Both the position numbers and the translations under genes were made by a program. Under the pieces are notes generated by a model. The model was not told where the DNA came from, ran no database searches, and was given only the letters and a program-made list of their open reading frames with translations. Below, in pieces: positions 8,044-16,279 of a DNA stretch of 20,000 nucleotides. This DNA comes from an uncultured virus (IMG/VR IMGVR_UViG_3300020161_002252). Its lineage: Duplodnaviria; Heunggongvirae; Uroviricota; Caudoviricetes; Herelleviridae. Numbering within the stretch: the stretch's first letter is position 1; every line of letters begins with the position of its first letter. The DNA is taken from IMG/VR virus record IMGVR_UViG_3300020161_002252. One strand, 5' to 3'.

Positions 8044-9411
8044 TTATACTTTTTCTAAAACTACAATACTCTCTCGAAGCGAATTCTTTAAGTATGGATA
8101 TAGCTGTATCTGTTGTCCTGACGTTTTGGCAATTCTACAAACAATAATCTCCTTAACTCTAAAATCATAATTTTCTGCAATAGCTCCAAGAAATAAATCT
8201 GTAGGAATAATTCTTCCAAGGTATGCACTCTGATCGACAACAATATAACATTTTTTTCCAGAAATTAAAACACTTGCACTTTCAGCAATTACCTTTTCCA
8301 TGTCAGTAAAGTAACCCTTAATCATTTTAGGTACCTTTCTTGTTCTAGCATCTCTTTTCCCTGTTCTAGATTCTTTTTCAGGAATAGCTGATTCTATTTC
8401 TTCTGACATCCAATTAATAAAATCTCTTATCTCATTTCTTTCATCGGATCTACCAACAAAAGATTCTACTGCCTGTCGTCTATAAGTACTTATACCTTTC
8501 ATATCTGAAGCGTAATCTGCAAGTATTACTTCCATCTTATATGATTCAAAATAGTCAAAAGAATTAGCATATGGAGGTGAATACATTATCGCACCAAGAG
8601 TTTTATCAATGATATTCGAATACTTATTAACTGTTTCCGATAATCGCATTGCATCTCCACAATCAATCGCTGAAACTAAATTTGCAGGTATTCTAGACCT
8701 TTCAATATCTACTATCATTTCTTTGATTTTCTTTAAATAAAATGCTTCTACATTATCAACCCTAGTAGCCACTGTTTTTAAACCATTCCCGTCTCTCTTT
8801 CTATCAGAGACTTCTTCTATAATACAAATATAAGCACAAATCATTAACTCATATATTTTTGTACCAAGTAAATCCTTATTTGTATCTATAACTTGTCTTA
8901 TCGAAACAAGTCGTTCAAAATTATGTTCATTAAAAAACTTTTGGACTTCCTGATATTTATCTTTATATTCATCAAACATATTAGTTTGTTTCATACTTGT
9001 AATAATTTCAGGCAATACAGTTTTAATATGATTTATTTCTTCATTTGTATAACTCCTACATTTAACTTCTGAAATAAAAGCTGACATAGGATTTATATCT
9101 ATTCCTATTCCCGAAAAACCATTTAAAGCAGCCTCTACTACTGTTGTTCCACTTCCACAAAAAGGGTCTAATACATATTCATCTTGTGCCATTCCACATC
9201 TATGAATTAGCTCTTTTATCAAAGTATGAGAAAATCCTTCCCTATATTTAAACCAGCCATGATATTGTATATCCTTATTTTTAGAAAAATTTACAAGTTG
9301 ACTAAAAAAATCGGCTTCATTTCTTATGTTAAATCTGTTCTCTAATCCATAAATGAATGCCTTTAGATTTTTATTCGCATAAATGTTAAATTTATCAATT
9401 GCATTTATCAA
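8044..9411 (-). CDS. Amino-DNA methyltransferase, alpha class, probably N4-cytosine
   Basis: HGWFKYREGFS (motif X), VLDPFCGSGTT (motif I) before SPPY (motif IV); TTG start with RBS GAAGGTG; overlaps upstream MTase by 17 nt. Confidence 0.9.
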   Translation of the reverse strand: MINAIDKFNIYANKNLKAFIYGLENRFNIRNEADFFSQLVNFSKNKDIQYHGWFKYREGFSHTLIKELIHRCGMAQDEYVLDPFCGSGTTVVEAALNGFSGIGIDINPMSAFISEVKCRSYTNEEINHIKTVLPEIITSMKQTNMFDEYKDKYQEVQKFFNEHNFERLVSIRQVIDTNKDLLGTKIYELMICAYICIIEEVSDRKRDGNGLKTVATRVDNVEAFYLKKIKEMIVDIERSRIPANLVSAIDCGDAMRLSETVNKYSNIIDKTLGAIMYSPPYANSFDYFESYKMEVILADYASDMKGISTYRRQAVESFVGRSDERNEIRDFINWMSEEIESAIPEKESRTGKRDARTRKVPKMIKGYFTDMEKVIAESASVLISGKKCYIVVDQSAYLGRIIPTDLFLGAIAENYDFRVKEIIVCRIAKTSGQQIQLYPYLKNSLRESIVVLEKV

Positions 9412-11272
9412 TTTTTACACCTTCTTTCATTATCCATTTGTTTTCTTTTATTTCAAGATTCTGGCTCAATAAATTATCAATAAAGGTCTTTGATAACTCA
9501 TCGATTTTCTCAACTTCATCTTCTTTATTCTGGCATACAAACTTCATTATAATATTAATTAAACTACTATAGATCTTTTCATATAATTCGGTTGTCGTAT
9601 ATTCTTCTTTAATTTGATACATGTTTTTTAGACATTCGTTTACTTTGTTTTTTATCATGTGTTCAAAATTTCCTACCGGAATATCCATCTCTGGAATAGG
9701 GCCTTTTCTAAAGGAATATATAAAATCGCCGTGAATATTGCCAGAATATCTTAAATGCGCTGTATTTTTGTATTCAGAAATGAAATCTTGATAAATCACA
9801 CCATCTTCAGGTAAATAAAATCCTGCATTTAAGACAGCTTTTAACAATTGTACCCAAACATTAATATTTTTATTGTTAAATGTAAATACTAAGAATCCAC
9901 CAGGTTTCAAAACTCTACAAGCCTCGGAATAAACTTCTCTTAACATATTACCATAAAAATCTACATCCTTAGCACCTTCAAAGCACGATTTTCTATTAGC
10001 AACAGCCTCCTCATCATGATAAATGAATTTATCAAGCCCCTTGTATTCCTTATACCATATATTCCAGAATGAAGATAATTCTCCATATTGAACGTTACTA
10101 CCATATGGAGGATCTGTAATAACAGCATCTACACTTGCGTCTGGAATCGGTAAATTAGATGAACTTTGAGTTAATATCAAATAATCTTTTCCATATAGCA
10201 ATTCATCATAACTCGAAGCCTTCATTTTTTTAGAAGACAATGTTTTGTTCGTATACTCAAGGCCTTTAATAATTGCTTCTATTCTATCCTTAAGTTTAAC
10301 AAGTATATTACATTCAACATATTCATTTGGTAACCAATATGCATGTTTATCCATACAAGTAGGATTTCCATTCTCCCAATTCTCAGTTACCCTAGACATT
10401 TTACTTGTATATCTCAATGATGAACTGAATGCAAAATATAATAAATCTCTTTCCTTTGAATCCGGTAGTGACAATATTTTATTAAAAATCATGGTGTTAA
10501 TATAATAATTTTTATCTGAAAACAAATCTGAGAAATTGTATACACCTTTTTGTGGTAAACAATCCTCATACCATCTATCCCAGTTACTAGGTATTGGAAA
10601 ATCAACCGATACTACGCCTTTAAGTATTTCAAAAGTTCCTGTATTGGAAACAATATTCTTTTTTTCTTTTTCATCAAATTCATAAATGCCTTTTTCACCA
10701 TTAGAATTAAAATATTTTATCCTTAGTGGAATACTCTTATAGGGTATGCACTTTGTTCTTGTTACACCTGTTTTTGTGCGATTGTTACTCTGGCATATAG
10801 GATTTAAACATCTATATTTTCCATTTGATACTTTATTTTTTTCGGTAAGTCGAATAATATTTCCACATTCCGCACATTTAACTTCATATACCCATTCCAT
10901 CCATTCTTGTTCGACAGATTTTCCATTTATTTCATATTTATATAAATGTGCAAAGTCTCGTTCACATTCACTAAGAAATGAATGATAATATTCTTTTAGT
11001 AACTTGATATCAACTTGTTGTATTTGCATCTCGGTGATAAATGTAGCAAGTGGATTAATATCAACGCCTACAACTTTTCTATCAAGAGCTAATCCCTCAA
11101 ATACTGTAACTCCGCCTCCACAGAAACAGTCTAGGACTATATCGCCTTTTTTCGTATAATGTTCTACTAATTTTCTAAAAACATTGTAAGGGCGTCTTGC
11201 AAAATATTTATGCATTTGATATTGTGCAGTATGGCTTTGTGCACTAATAGATTCTTTTATTGGTTCGATCAT
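9395..11272 (-). CDS. N6-adenine DNA methyltransferase with Zn ribbon (COG1743-like, alpha order)
   Basis: MHKYFARRP, VLDCFCGGGVT (motif I), CAEC...CLNPIC Zn ribbon, ITDPPYGSNVQYGELS (motif IV), RVLKPGGFLVFTF. Confidence 0.9.
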   Translation of the reverse strand: MIEPIKESISAQSHTAQYQMHKYFARRPYNVFRKLVEHYTKKGDIVLDCFCGGGVTVFEGLALDRKVVGVDINPLATFITEMQIQQVDIKLLKEYYHSFLSECERDFAHLYKYEINGKSVEQEWMEWVYEVKCAECGNIIRLTEKNKVSNGKYRCLNPICQSNNRTKTGVTRTKCIPYKSIPLRIKYFNSNGEKGIYEFDEKEKKNIVSNTGTFEILKGVVSVDFPIPSNWDRWYEDCLPQKGVYNFSDLFSDKNYYINTMIFNKILSLPDSKERDLLYFAFSSSLRYTSKMSRVTENWENGNPTCMDKHAYWLPNEYVECNILVKLKDRIEAIIKGLEYTNKTLSSKKMKASSYDELLYGKDYLILTQSSSNLPIPDASVDAVITDPPYGSNVQYGELSSFWNIWYKEYKGLDKFIYHDEEAVANRKSCFEGAKDVDFYGNMLREVYSEACRVLKPGGFLVFTFNNKNINVWVQLLKAVLNAGFYLPEDGVIYQDFISEYKNTAHLRYSGNIHGDFIYSFRKGPIPEMDIPVGNFEHMIKNKVNECLKNMYQIKEEYTTTELYEKIYSSLINIIMKFVCQNKEDEVEKIDELSKTFIDNLLSQNLEIKENKWIMKEGVKIDKCN

Positions 11273-11440
11273 CTTGTTGTCCTTTGGTTAACTTAGATTA
11301 TGGGGTTTTTAAACATTTTTAATTGAAAGGGATGGATTTTTTATTTATTTTAAGCTAGTTGAAGTGGCAACACTATTGTACAAGATCAAATCATGATACT
11401 TATTTTAGAACTAAAAAGGTAATTATATTCTAGGATTCAA

Positions 11441-13057
11441 TTAAATTTCAATGCTAAATTTATGCTTAGTTGATTTCCCTATCTCTTCTTTGTTTCCTTC
11501 TGTTTCTTGTTCTTGTTGTCCTTGTTGCTCTGGTTCATTGTCTTCTTGCTCTTCATCTTGATCATTGTATTCATCATCTCCTTGATCCCCTTGATCTTGT
11601 TGTCCTTGGTCCTGTTGCGCTTGTTGTGCCATGCTTAAGCTAGTGATATATGCTTGACTTAGTACAATATCCCCGCCTTCAATGGGTTTTAAGTCGTACT
11701 TGGCGCGTATTTCATTGACCGTCATGTAATTGCTTACGCGTTGAATATCACCCGCTAAAACATCTTTCTCAGTATCCAAATCAAGACCCACGAATCTCAG
11801 TTCGTATTTATCTGAGATCTTGGATAGAATGAACATATTGATCCAATTTTGTATACTCCTAAGCAAAGGATACAACCCCTTATCTTTTGAAGCTTGGATT
11901 CTTGCCCCTGGTCCCTGTTGAGTTAAAGCGACTGTTTGTCCTTCTGTACCAAAAACAAACCCAAGTTCAGCGGGATCTATTTGAAACAACGCACAAGCTA
12001 ATTTAGTTAAATACCCTATCCAAGTGGTATAGCCCATCTCTTCCGCGGTCCCACCAATATTAACGCTCTGTAGATCCTCTTTTAGTGTAGCATCTGGATC
12101 TAATTGAACAATAGGCGTTCTCTTTGCTTGTGCTGCCCCGCTTAACATCGCGTATAAATCCCGCTTGAAATTTCTAAATGTTTGGGGTGTCATTTTACTC
12201 TTGAGAACTAAAATACTTGGTGCATGAATGCCATTTACAAAATTACTAGCATTATATGTTTCCGCGTTAACTAAATGGGTTACAACCCTTACAAGCTCCT
12301 CAAGCTCTGGGAATCCATACCCTTTAGCGAAATAGGTGGTTCTTGGCCTTCGGATGCAAAAAGCTAGTTGATCATGTTCAAAATCAGCTACTTTCTTGCC
12401 ATTGATAATCTGGATATATCCAGAAGCTTCCCAATCGCGTCTACCTTCCTTCTTTTCCTCTTCAGTCAAAGCACGGCGCCTAATGGTTGATGCATCCACG
12501 GGCACAAAACCAATAATATCACCCCTTCTATTTTTCATGATCTCAAAACACGCTTGATCATAAGTCAAACTATCGCGTAGGATCATTTTAATAAAAGCTT
12601 CAAAATTGAAAGCGCCGCCAAATCGATAGCCTTCGCCACAGGTTTCAAGCCACCTTGTTAAATCCTGGATTTCTTTTGACTCTTCCGCGCTTGGCTTCTT
12701 GCTTTGGTCTTTTAGTCGGATGATATAACCGGCTTTAAACTGGTCTTCTTGGGGTACGCAAAATTCAGCTATTTGATTGATTCTGGTTTGCAAGATTGCG
12801 CTTATCACGGGTACACGGGAAATGAATTGTAGGATATCATAATCAACGCCAAAAGTTCCCTCGTGCACATTGTCGCGATAAGTATCGGAAGCTGAATAGA
12901 TCGCTACATTTGTAGGGTCGATATCAAATGCTACTGGTTCAACCTTGCCCCCTTCATGCGCAATTTTCAAAGCTTTTTGAATCAAATTTTCACTTTCATC
13001 AGATAATTCCTCTAATGTTTCTTGCATTGCACTTTGATTTCTTCTTATTTGATACAT
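11441..13057 (-). CDS. Phage portal protein (SPO1/Twort-like), with acidic Q/D/E-rich C-terminal tail
   Basis: FIKMILRDSLTYDQACFE...VPVDASTIR...GYGFPELE...CALFQIDPAELGF...TVNEIRAKYDLKPIEGGDIVL; RBS AAGGTG. Confidence 0.93.
   Translation of the reverse strand: MYQIRRNQSAMQETLEELSDESENLIQKALKIAHEGGKVEPVAFDIDPTNVAIYSASDTYRDNVHEGTFGVDYDILQFISRVPVISAILQTRINQIAEFCVPQEDQFKAGYIIRLKDQSKKPSAEESKEIQDLTRWLETCGEGYRFGGAFNFEAFIKMILRDSLTYDQACFEIMKNRRGDIIGFVPVDASTIRRRALTEEEKKEGRRDWEASGYIQIINGKKVADFEHDQLAFCIRRPRTTYFAKGYGFPELEELVRVVTHLVNAETYNASNFVNGIHAPSILVLKSKMTPQTFRNFKRDLYAMLSGAAQAKRTPIVQLDPDATLKEDLQSVNIGGTAEEMGYTTWIGYLTKLACALFQIDPAELGFVFGTEGQTVALTQQGPGARIQASKDKGLYPLLRSIQNWINMFILSKISDKYELRFVGLDLDTEKDVLAGDIQRVSNYMTVNEIRAKYDLKPIEGGDIVLSQAYITSLSMAQQAQQDQGQQDQGDQGDDEYNDQDEEQEDNEPEQQGQQEQETEGNKEEIGKSTKHKFSIEI
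11490..11630 (-). repeat. Low-complexity coding repeat (QQDQG/DQG, E/Q-rich) in portal tail
   Basis: AQQAQQDQGQQDQGDQGDDEYNDQDEEQEDNEPEQQGQQEQE. Confidence 0.8.
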
Positions 13058-13150
13058 AGTTCACCTTATTTTCTATGGTTTATTAGGTACATAATAAGCT
13101 TTTTAACATTGTTTAACAATTGACAAAATCAATAGATTTGCGGGGTCAAT

Positions 13151-13210
13151 CAAAAATAATAAAATAATTTTGTAAAAATATTTGACAAGTCACAAAATAC
13201 AAGATACCTT
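13151..13210 (+). promoter_or_regulatory. Sigma70-type promoter with AT-rich UP element
   Basis: TTGACA (13182-13187), 17-nt spacer, TACCTT (13205-13210), A-tracts upstream; lies before gene 13267. Confidence 0.7.
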
Positions 13211-13266
13211 GAGATCACCTAAGGCAATCAAGCCACCCAACCACCCTTAAACATAGGAAAAGAAAA

Positions 13267-13608
13267 ATGTCTTTACAAAACGCTTTATCAGATGCACAAA
13301 TTGAACGCATGGAAACCGCACTTGATGAAATCTTGGCTAATTCTGGTCGTAAATTTGCAAGTCAAATCTCTTACACTGTTACAAGATTCGGAACTATCTA
13401 TTTAGAAGCTACAATCAACGATCACACCTTTGAAAGAAGAATTGAATGGTTTGTTAAGTCTGAAGATCAAATTGTATACAATGTTTACACATCAACAGGC
13501 AAAATGTATTCATGGGGTGAACCTTGTGATCTTGAAGGTGTGTTGTCCTTGGCTGGTATGGATCAAGAGATTGTTGATGGCTTTGAAGCAGATATCCTCG
13601 GACTCTAA
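13267..13608 (+). CDS. Hypothetical acidic early protein (113 aa)
   Basis: RBS AGGA; downstream of the sigma70 promoter. Confidence 0.85.
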   Translation: MSLQNALSDAQIERMETALDEILANSGRKFASQISYTVTRFGTIYLEATINDHTFERRIEWFVKSEDQIVYNVYTSTGKMYSWGEPCDLEGVLSLAGMDQEIVDGFEADILGL

Positions 13609-13640
13609 GAAACTAAACAAAAAACATAAGGAAAAACAAG

Positions 13641-13913
13641 ATGAATCATAATACAACACATAACTTCTTCTTAAAGATTTGTGATATACTTTTAGATGGT
13701 GATTGCCATGCAGTTCCAAGAGATGAAGCACTTGAGATTTTAACAAAAAGTATGCAAGATGAATCAACCAGTAAAAAGTTAAACAAATTCATCAATGATG
13801 CAGCACTAGCACAAACTGAAACCCTTCAAGTAAGTTTCTGTTTTAATAACAAAGTCAATTTTCTTTGTGCTGTGCCAAAAAGTCAAAAACTAGATTCAAG
13901 ATACGCTTTATAA
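13641..13913 (+). CDS. Hypothetical early protein (90 aa)
   Basis: RBS TAAGGA; followed by an intrinsic terminator. Confidence 0.8.
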   Translation: MNHNTTHNFFLKICDILLDGDCHAVPRDEALEILTKSMQDESTSKKLNKFINDAALAQTETLQVSFCFNNKVNFLCAVPKSQKLDSRYAL

Positions 13914-13944
13914 GATCAAGAATCAATAAATAGCGCGTTTGCTT

Positions 13945-13971
13945 AGGCTGTCTACCAAGGCAGCCTTTTTT
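13945..13971 (+). terminator. Rho-independent terminator
   Basis: Stem AGGCTGTCT / AGGCAGCCT (one G-U pair), loop ACCA, followed by a T-tract. Confidence 0.85.
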
Positions 13972-14002
13972 ATTTTGTGCTTCTGGCAACGCGTTAAATT
14001 GG

Positions 14003-14096
14003 TGTATTGGGTGCTAAGGTGCTTCGCGTTCGATCAATCACTCTTCCCAAAAAACAACATACATAAACATACACAAGGATGATCGCACCCAATACA
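14003..14096 (-). ncRNA. Candidate structured small RNA (or 19-aa sORF mRNA) closed by a perfect 12-bp inverted repeat
   Basis: TGTATTGGGTGC (14003-14014) pairs with GCACCCAATACA (14085-14096); minus-strand promoter immediately upstream. Confidence 0.4.
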
Positions 14097-14102
14097 TGAA
14101 TC

Positions 14103-14130
14103 AATATATCTCTTTATTTCACTGGGTCAA
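14103..14130 (-). promoter_or_regulatory. Possible sigma70 promoter for the sRNA candidate
   Basis: Minus strand TTGACC-N16-TATATT; predicted +1 falls at the start of the inverted repeat. Confidence 0.45.
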
Positions 14131-14133
14131 TCT

Positions 14134-14421
14134 TTATTTCTTTTTCTTAGCAGCTTCTTTGTTGGCGGTGGCAAGTATCGCATAACCCGCTAAATCTAAA
14201 TAGGGTGATTCCCCATAGGGGTCTTTGTTTTGAGCGATCCTTGAAATCTTATCTAGCATACGAACAATTACATGAATATCCGGATAGCTAGTTACTGGTA
14301 TTCCATTAGGATAAAGTAACAAAAGCATTTTTGTAGTCTTATCAAACGCGTTCCCATAAGCTAAATTTTTCTTCTCTAGCTCCTGGGCTACACCCTTAGC
14401 AATCTCTTTAAACTGTGTCAT
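14134..14421 (-). CDS. Nmad1/DUF1599-like all-alpha nucleotide-modification-associated protein
   Basis: KKNLAYGNAF...VRMLDKISRI...YLDLAGYAIL motif pattern. Confidence 0.7.
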   Translation of the reverse strand: MTQFKEIAKGVAQELEKKNLAYGNAFDKTTKMLLLLYPNGIPVTSYPDIHVIVRMLDKISRIAQNKDPYGESPYLDLAGYAILATANKEAAKKKK

Positions 14422-14549
14422 GGGTATCTCGCAATGATGGAATCAATGAAAGCTAGGACTTCTTTTTGAATGTCTTCGTGTTCCCTTAGCAATGGTTCAG
14501 CAATTTGTTTCAAAAGTCCCAAAGTTTGCACGATTAAAAATGAATCCAT
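14418..14549 (-). CDS. Small hypothetical protein (43 aa, MDSFLIVQTLG...IARYP), not in ORF track
   Basis: RBS GAGGTG; TAATG overlap with upstream gene and ATGA overlap with downstream gene. Confidence 0.75.
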   Translation of the reverse strand: MDSFLIVQTLGLLKQIAEPLLREHEDIQKEVLAFIDSIIARYP

Positions 14550-14779
14550 TATACACCTCTCAAAAGCTCAAAAGTTTCAATTACGATTAACAAGATTCCC
14601 ATAGTCAAGGGGAAATAGAAGCAAAGCAGCCCAAGGCCAAAGATACAGGCCATCATCAACCCAAGGGGTCTAGGATCATCGTAATCTCTGAGAAAGTGGA
14701 TTCCTACACCTATCACGGGGGATAGAAATAGCAAGTAGCAAAAAAATAAACCAAGTCCCATAATGTACGAAATTAACAT
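14549..14779 (-). CDS. Small membrane protein (76 aa, 2-3 TM segments)
   Basis: Long hydrophobic stretches; RBS GAGGTG; overlaps neighbours. Confidence 0.75.
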   Translation of the reverse strand: MLISYIMGLGLFFCYLLFLSPVIGVGIHFLRDYDDPRPLGLMMACIFGLGLLCFYFPLTMGILLIVIETFELLRGV

Positions 14780-15267
14780 TTATCACCTCTTTCATCGCAT
14801 CCAACGCGTTCAAAAACAATGTTCACACCATTCTCTTTTAAATAAGAAACTCCAGCATCCTGGGTTAATTGAGCGCCAAGATATCCACCGCGGATGATCA
14901 CCACGGATTCAATAGAAGCATGATGAATCAATTTAGCACACATTAAGCAAGGTTCCCCATTGACGATAACCCAAGCCCCTCGGGTGCTTACTCCCATTGA
15001 TGCAGCGTTACAAATTGCATTAGCTTCAGCATGGTGACAACCAATCTGTGGATTATCTCCACTTTGAAGCGCCAAAGCATCCCTTGAACAATAGTTCCCC
15101 GCGCATAGATGAAAATCACCCCTTGGCGCGCCATTCCAACCATCCGCAATAATTCTATTTGTCACAGGGTCAACGATAATACACCCAAATTTTCTTCTTA
15201 TACATGATGAACTTTGAGACAAAAGAAGCACTTGATTCATACGCTGTTCTAAATGCTTTGGTTTCAT
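14773..15267 (-). CDS. dCMP deaminase (ComEB/T4 cd family)
   Basis: SSCIRRKFGCIIV, GWNGAP, HAEANAI and PCLMC Zn-binding motifs. Confidence 0.93.
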   Translation of the reverse strand: MKPKHLEQRMNQVLLLSQSSSCIRRKFGCIIVDPVTNRIIADGWNGAPRGDFHLCAGNYCSRDALALQSGDNPQIGCHHAEANAICNAASMGVSTRGAWVIVNGEPCLMCAKLIHHASIESVVIIRGGYLGAQLTQDAGVSYLKENGVNIVFERVGCDERGDKC

Positions 15268-15890
15268 GTTGTGATCTTCCCGTCCACCTTGAGCAAGTGA
15301 AATACTTTTGCATAGGTTAACTCGGTGTCTCGGGGTGTTTTATAACCCTCTTGATTAAGCTGGTCCGCTATCTGGTGAAGCGTTAAACCTCGCAATCTTA
15401 ATTCTTTTGCACGGTCTTTCAATGGGACAACATTTACATTCCTATGGGATTCTAGGATATCACCGAAGCAATGGATCACATTTGCATGACTCCACGCCAT
15501 CCCGTATTTAGTGGTAAATCCATGCTCATTTAAAAGCGTTGCAATTTGCCTGCTACTCTTCTTTTCACTTGCCCAAAGATCAACCAATTTACTAGGATCT
15601 GTTGATGGTGCTCTATTAGCTAGATACTTGAATCTTAAGCTTAGATTTGTCGCCTGTTGGCTAAAAATATCTAATGCTTGGGGTTCTTTGGCTAACTTTG
15701 AAATCTGGTCCAGTAGGTGTGATGCACGAAGGCAAAGATCAGCAATATCTCTACTGAGAAGCAAGTCTTTATTTAGCTCGGTCAAGATGGTTTTCTTGCG
15801 TGTGTACGCTGGGTCCTCTTCAACCCTTTGATCTTGGGATTCTAGGTGATCCATACAAGCCAATTGCTCAATGATTTCAGTTCTAGTCAT
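15264..15890 (-). CDS. DNA-binding protein with two tandem Recombinase-domain-like winged helices, no catalytic domain
   Basis: SSRQIATLLNEHGFTTKYGMAWSHANV and LTLHQIADQLNQEGYKTPRDTELTYAKV match the IAxxLNxxGxxT...W pattern. Confidence 0.7.
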   Translation of the reverse strand: MTRTEIIEQLACMDHLESQDQRVEEDPAYTRKKTILTELNKDLLLSRDIADLCLRASHLLDQISKLAKEPQALDIFSQQATNLSLRFKYLANRAPSTDPSKLVDLWASEKKSSRQIATLLNEHGFTTKYGMAWSHANVIHCFGDILESHRNVNVVPLKDRAKELRLRGLTLHQIADQLNQEGYKTPRDTELTYAKVFHLLKVDGKITT

Positions 15891-16212
15891 GTAAAACTTC
15901 GCTTTTTAGATCGATTTCTTTGGCTGGGTTTACCATAGCTTCAGCGTACTTTTGCGCCAGGTCCTCAATCGCTTGAACTAAATTACTATCCGCCAAGCTA
16001 ATCATAGCTGTTTTAAACGCGTCTGTTTCGTTCCAAAGCTTTAACTCCGTATGTAGCGCCAAGCATAGCAACGCTTTAAATGATTGCTTATCTGTTAAGC
16101 CTGTAACCGTGTTCAAGTGACGCAAAACAAAGGTTTCAATAGGGTTCAAGTGTAAAGTCGCTTTTTGTAGTTTTTGCTTCAATTTACCTTGATTCTTTTT
16201 TGTCTTTTTCAT
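15883..16212 (-). CDS. Hypothetical protein (109 aa, MKKTKKNQ...)
   Basis: ATG at 16212 preceded by AGGAG; better start than 16245. Confidence 0.75.
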   Translation of the reverse strand: MKKTKKNQGKLKQKLQKATLHLNPIETFVLRHLNTVTGLTDKQSFKALLCLALHTELKLWNETDAFKTAMISLADSNLVQAIEDLAQKYAEAMVNPAKEIDLKSEVLHD

Positions 16213-16279
16213 GGGTTCTCCTGTGTGATAGACGATACTAAACACATGAATTTCACAATTTATTTTACTTTGTCAATTT

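Larger units (their letters stand above)
7320..11270. other. Compositionally foreign restriction-modification block inserted in the head module
   Basis: More AT-rich, with ATA/AGA/GGA-rich codons; only ~4 internal GATC sites versus ~10 in the first 1 kb of phage DNA (by-eye count); truncated gene at left edge; boundaries approximate. Confidence 0.75.

Noticed and set aside
6335..11294. 14-bp direct match CCTTTGGTTAACTT at 6335-6348 and 11281-11294 as att/target duplication
   Set aside because: Left copy is inside a coding region ~1 kb from the compositional junction; probably chance
14003..14096. Retron msr-msd or tRNA
   Set aside because: Flanking inverted repeat resembles a1/a2, but there is no RT nearby and no long msd hairpin; GTTCGA is present but has no T-stem pairing or cloverleaf
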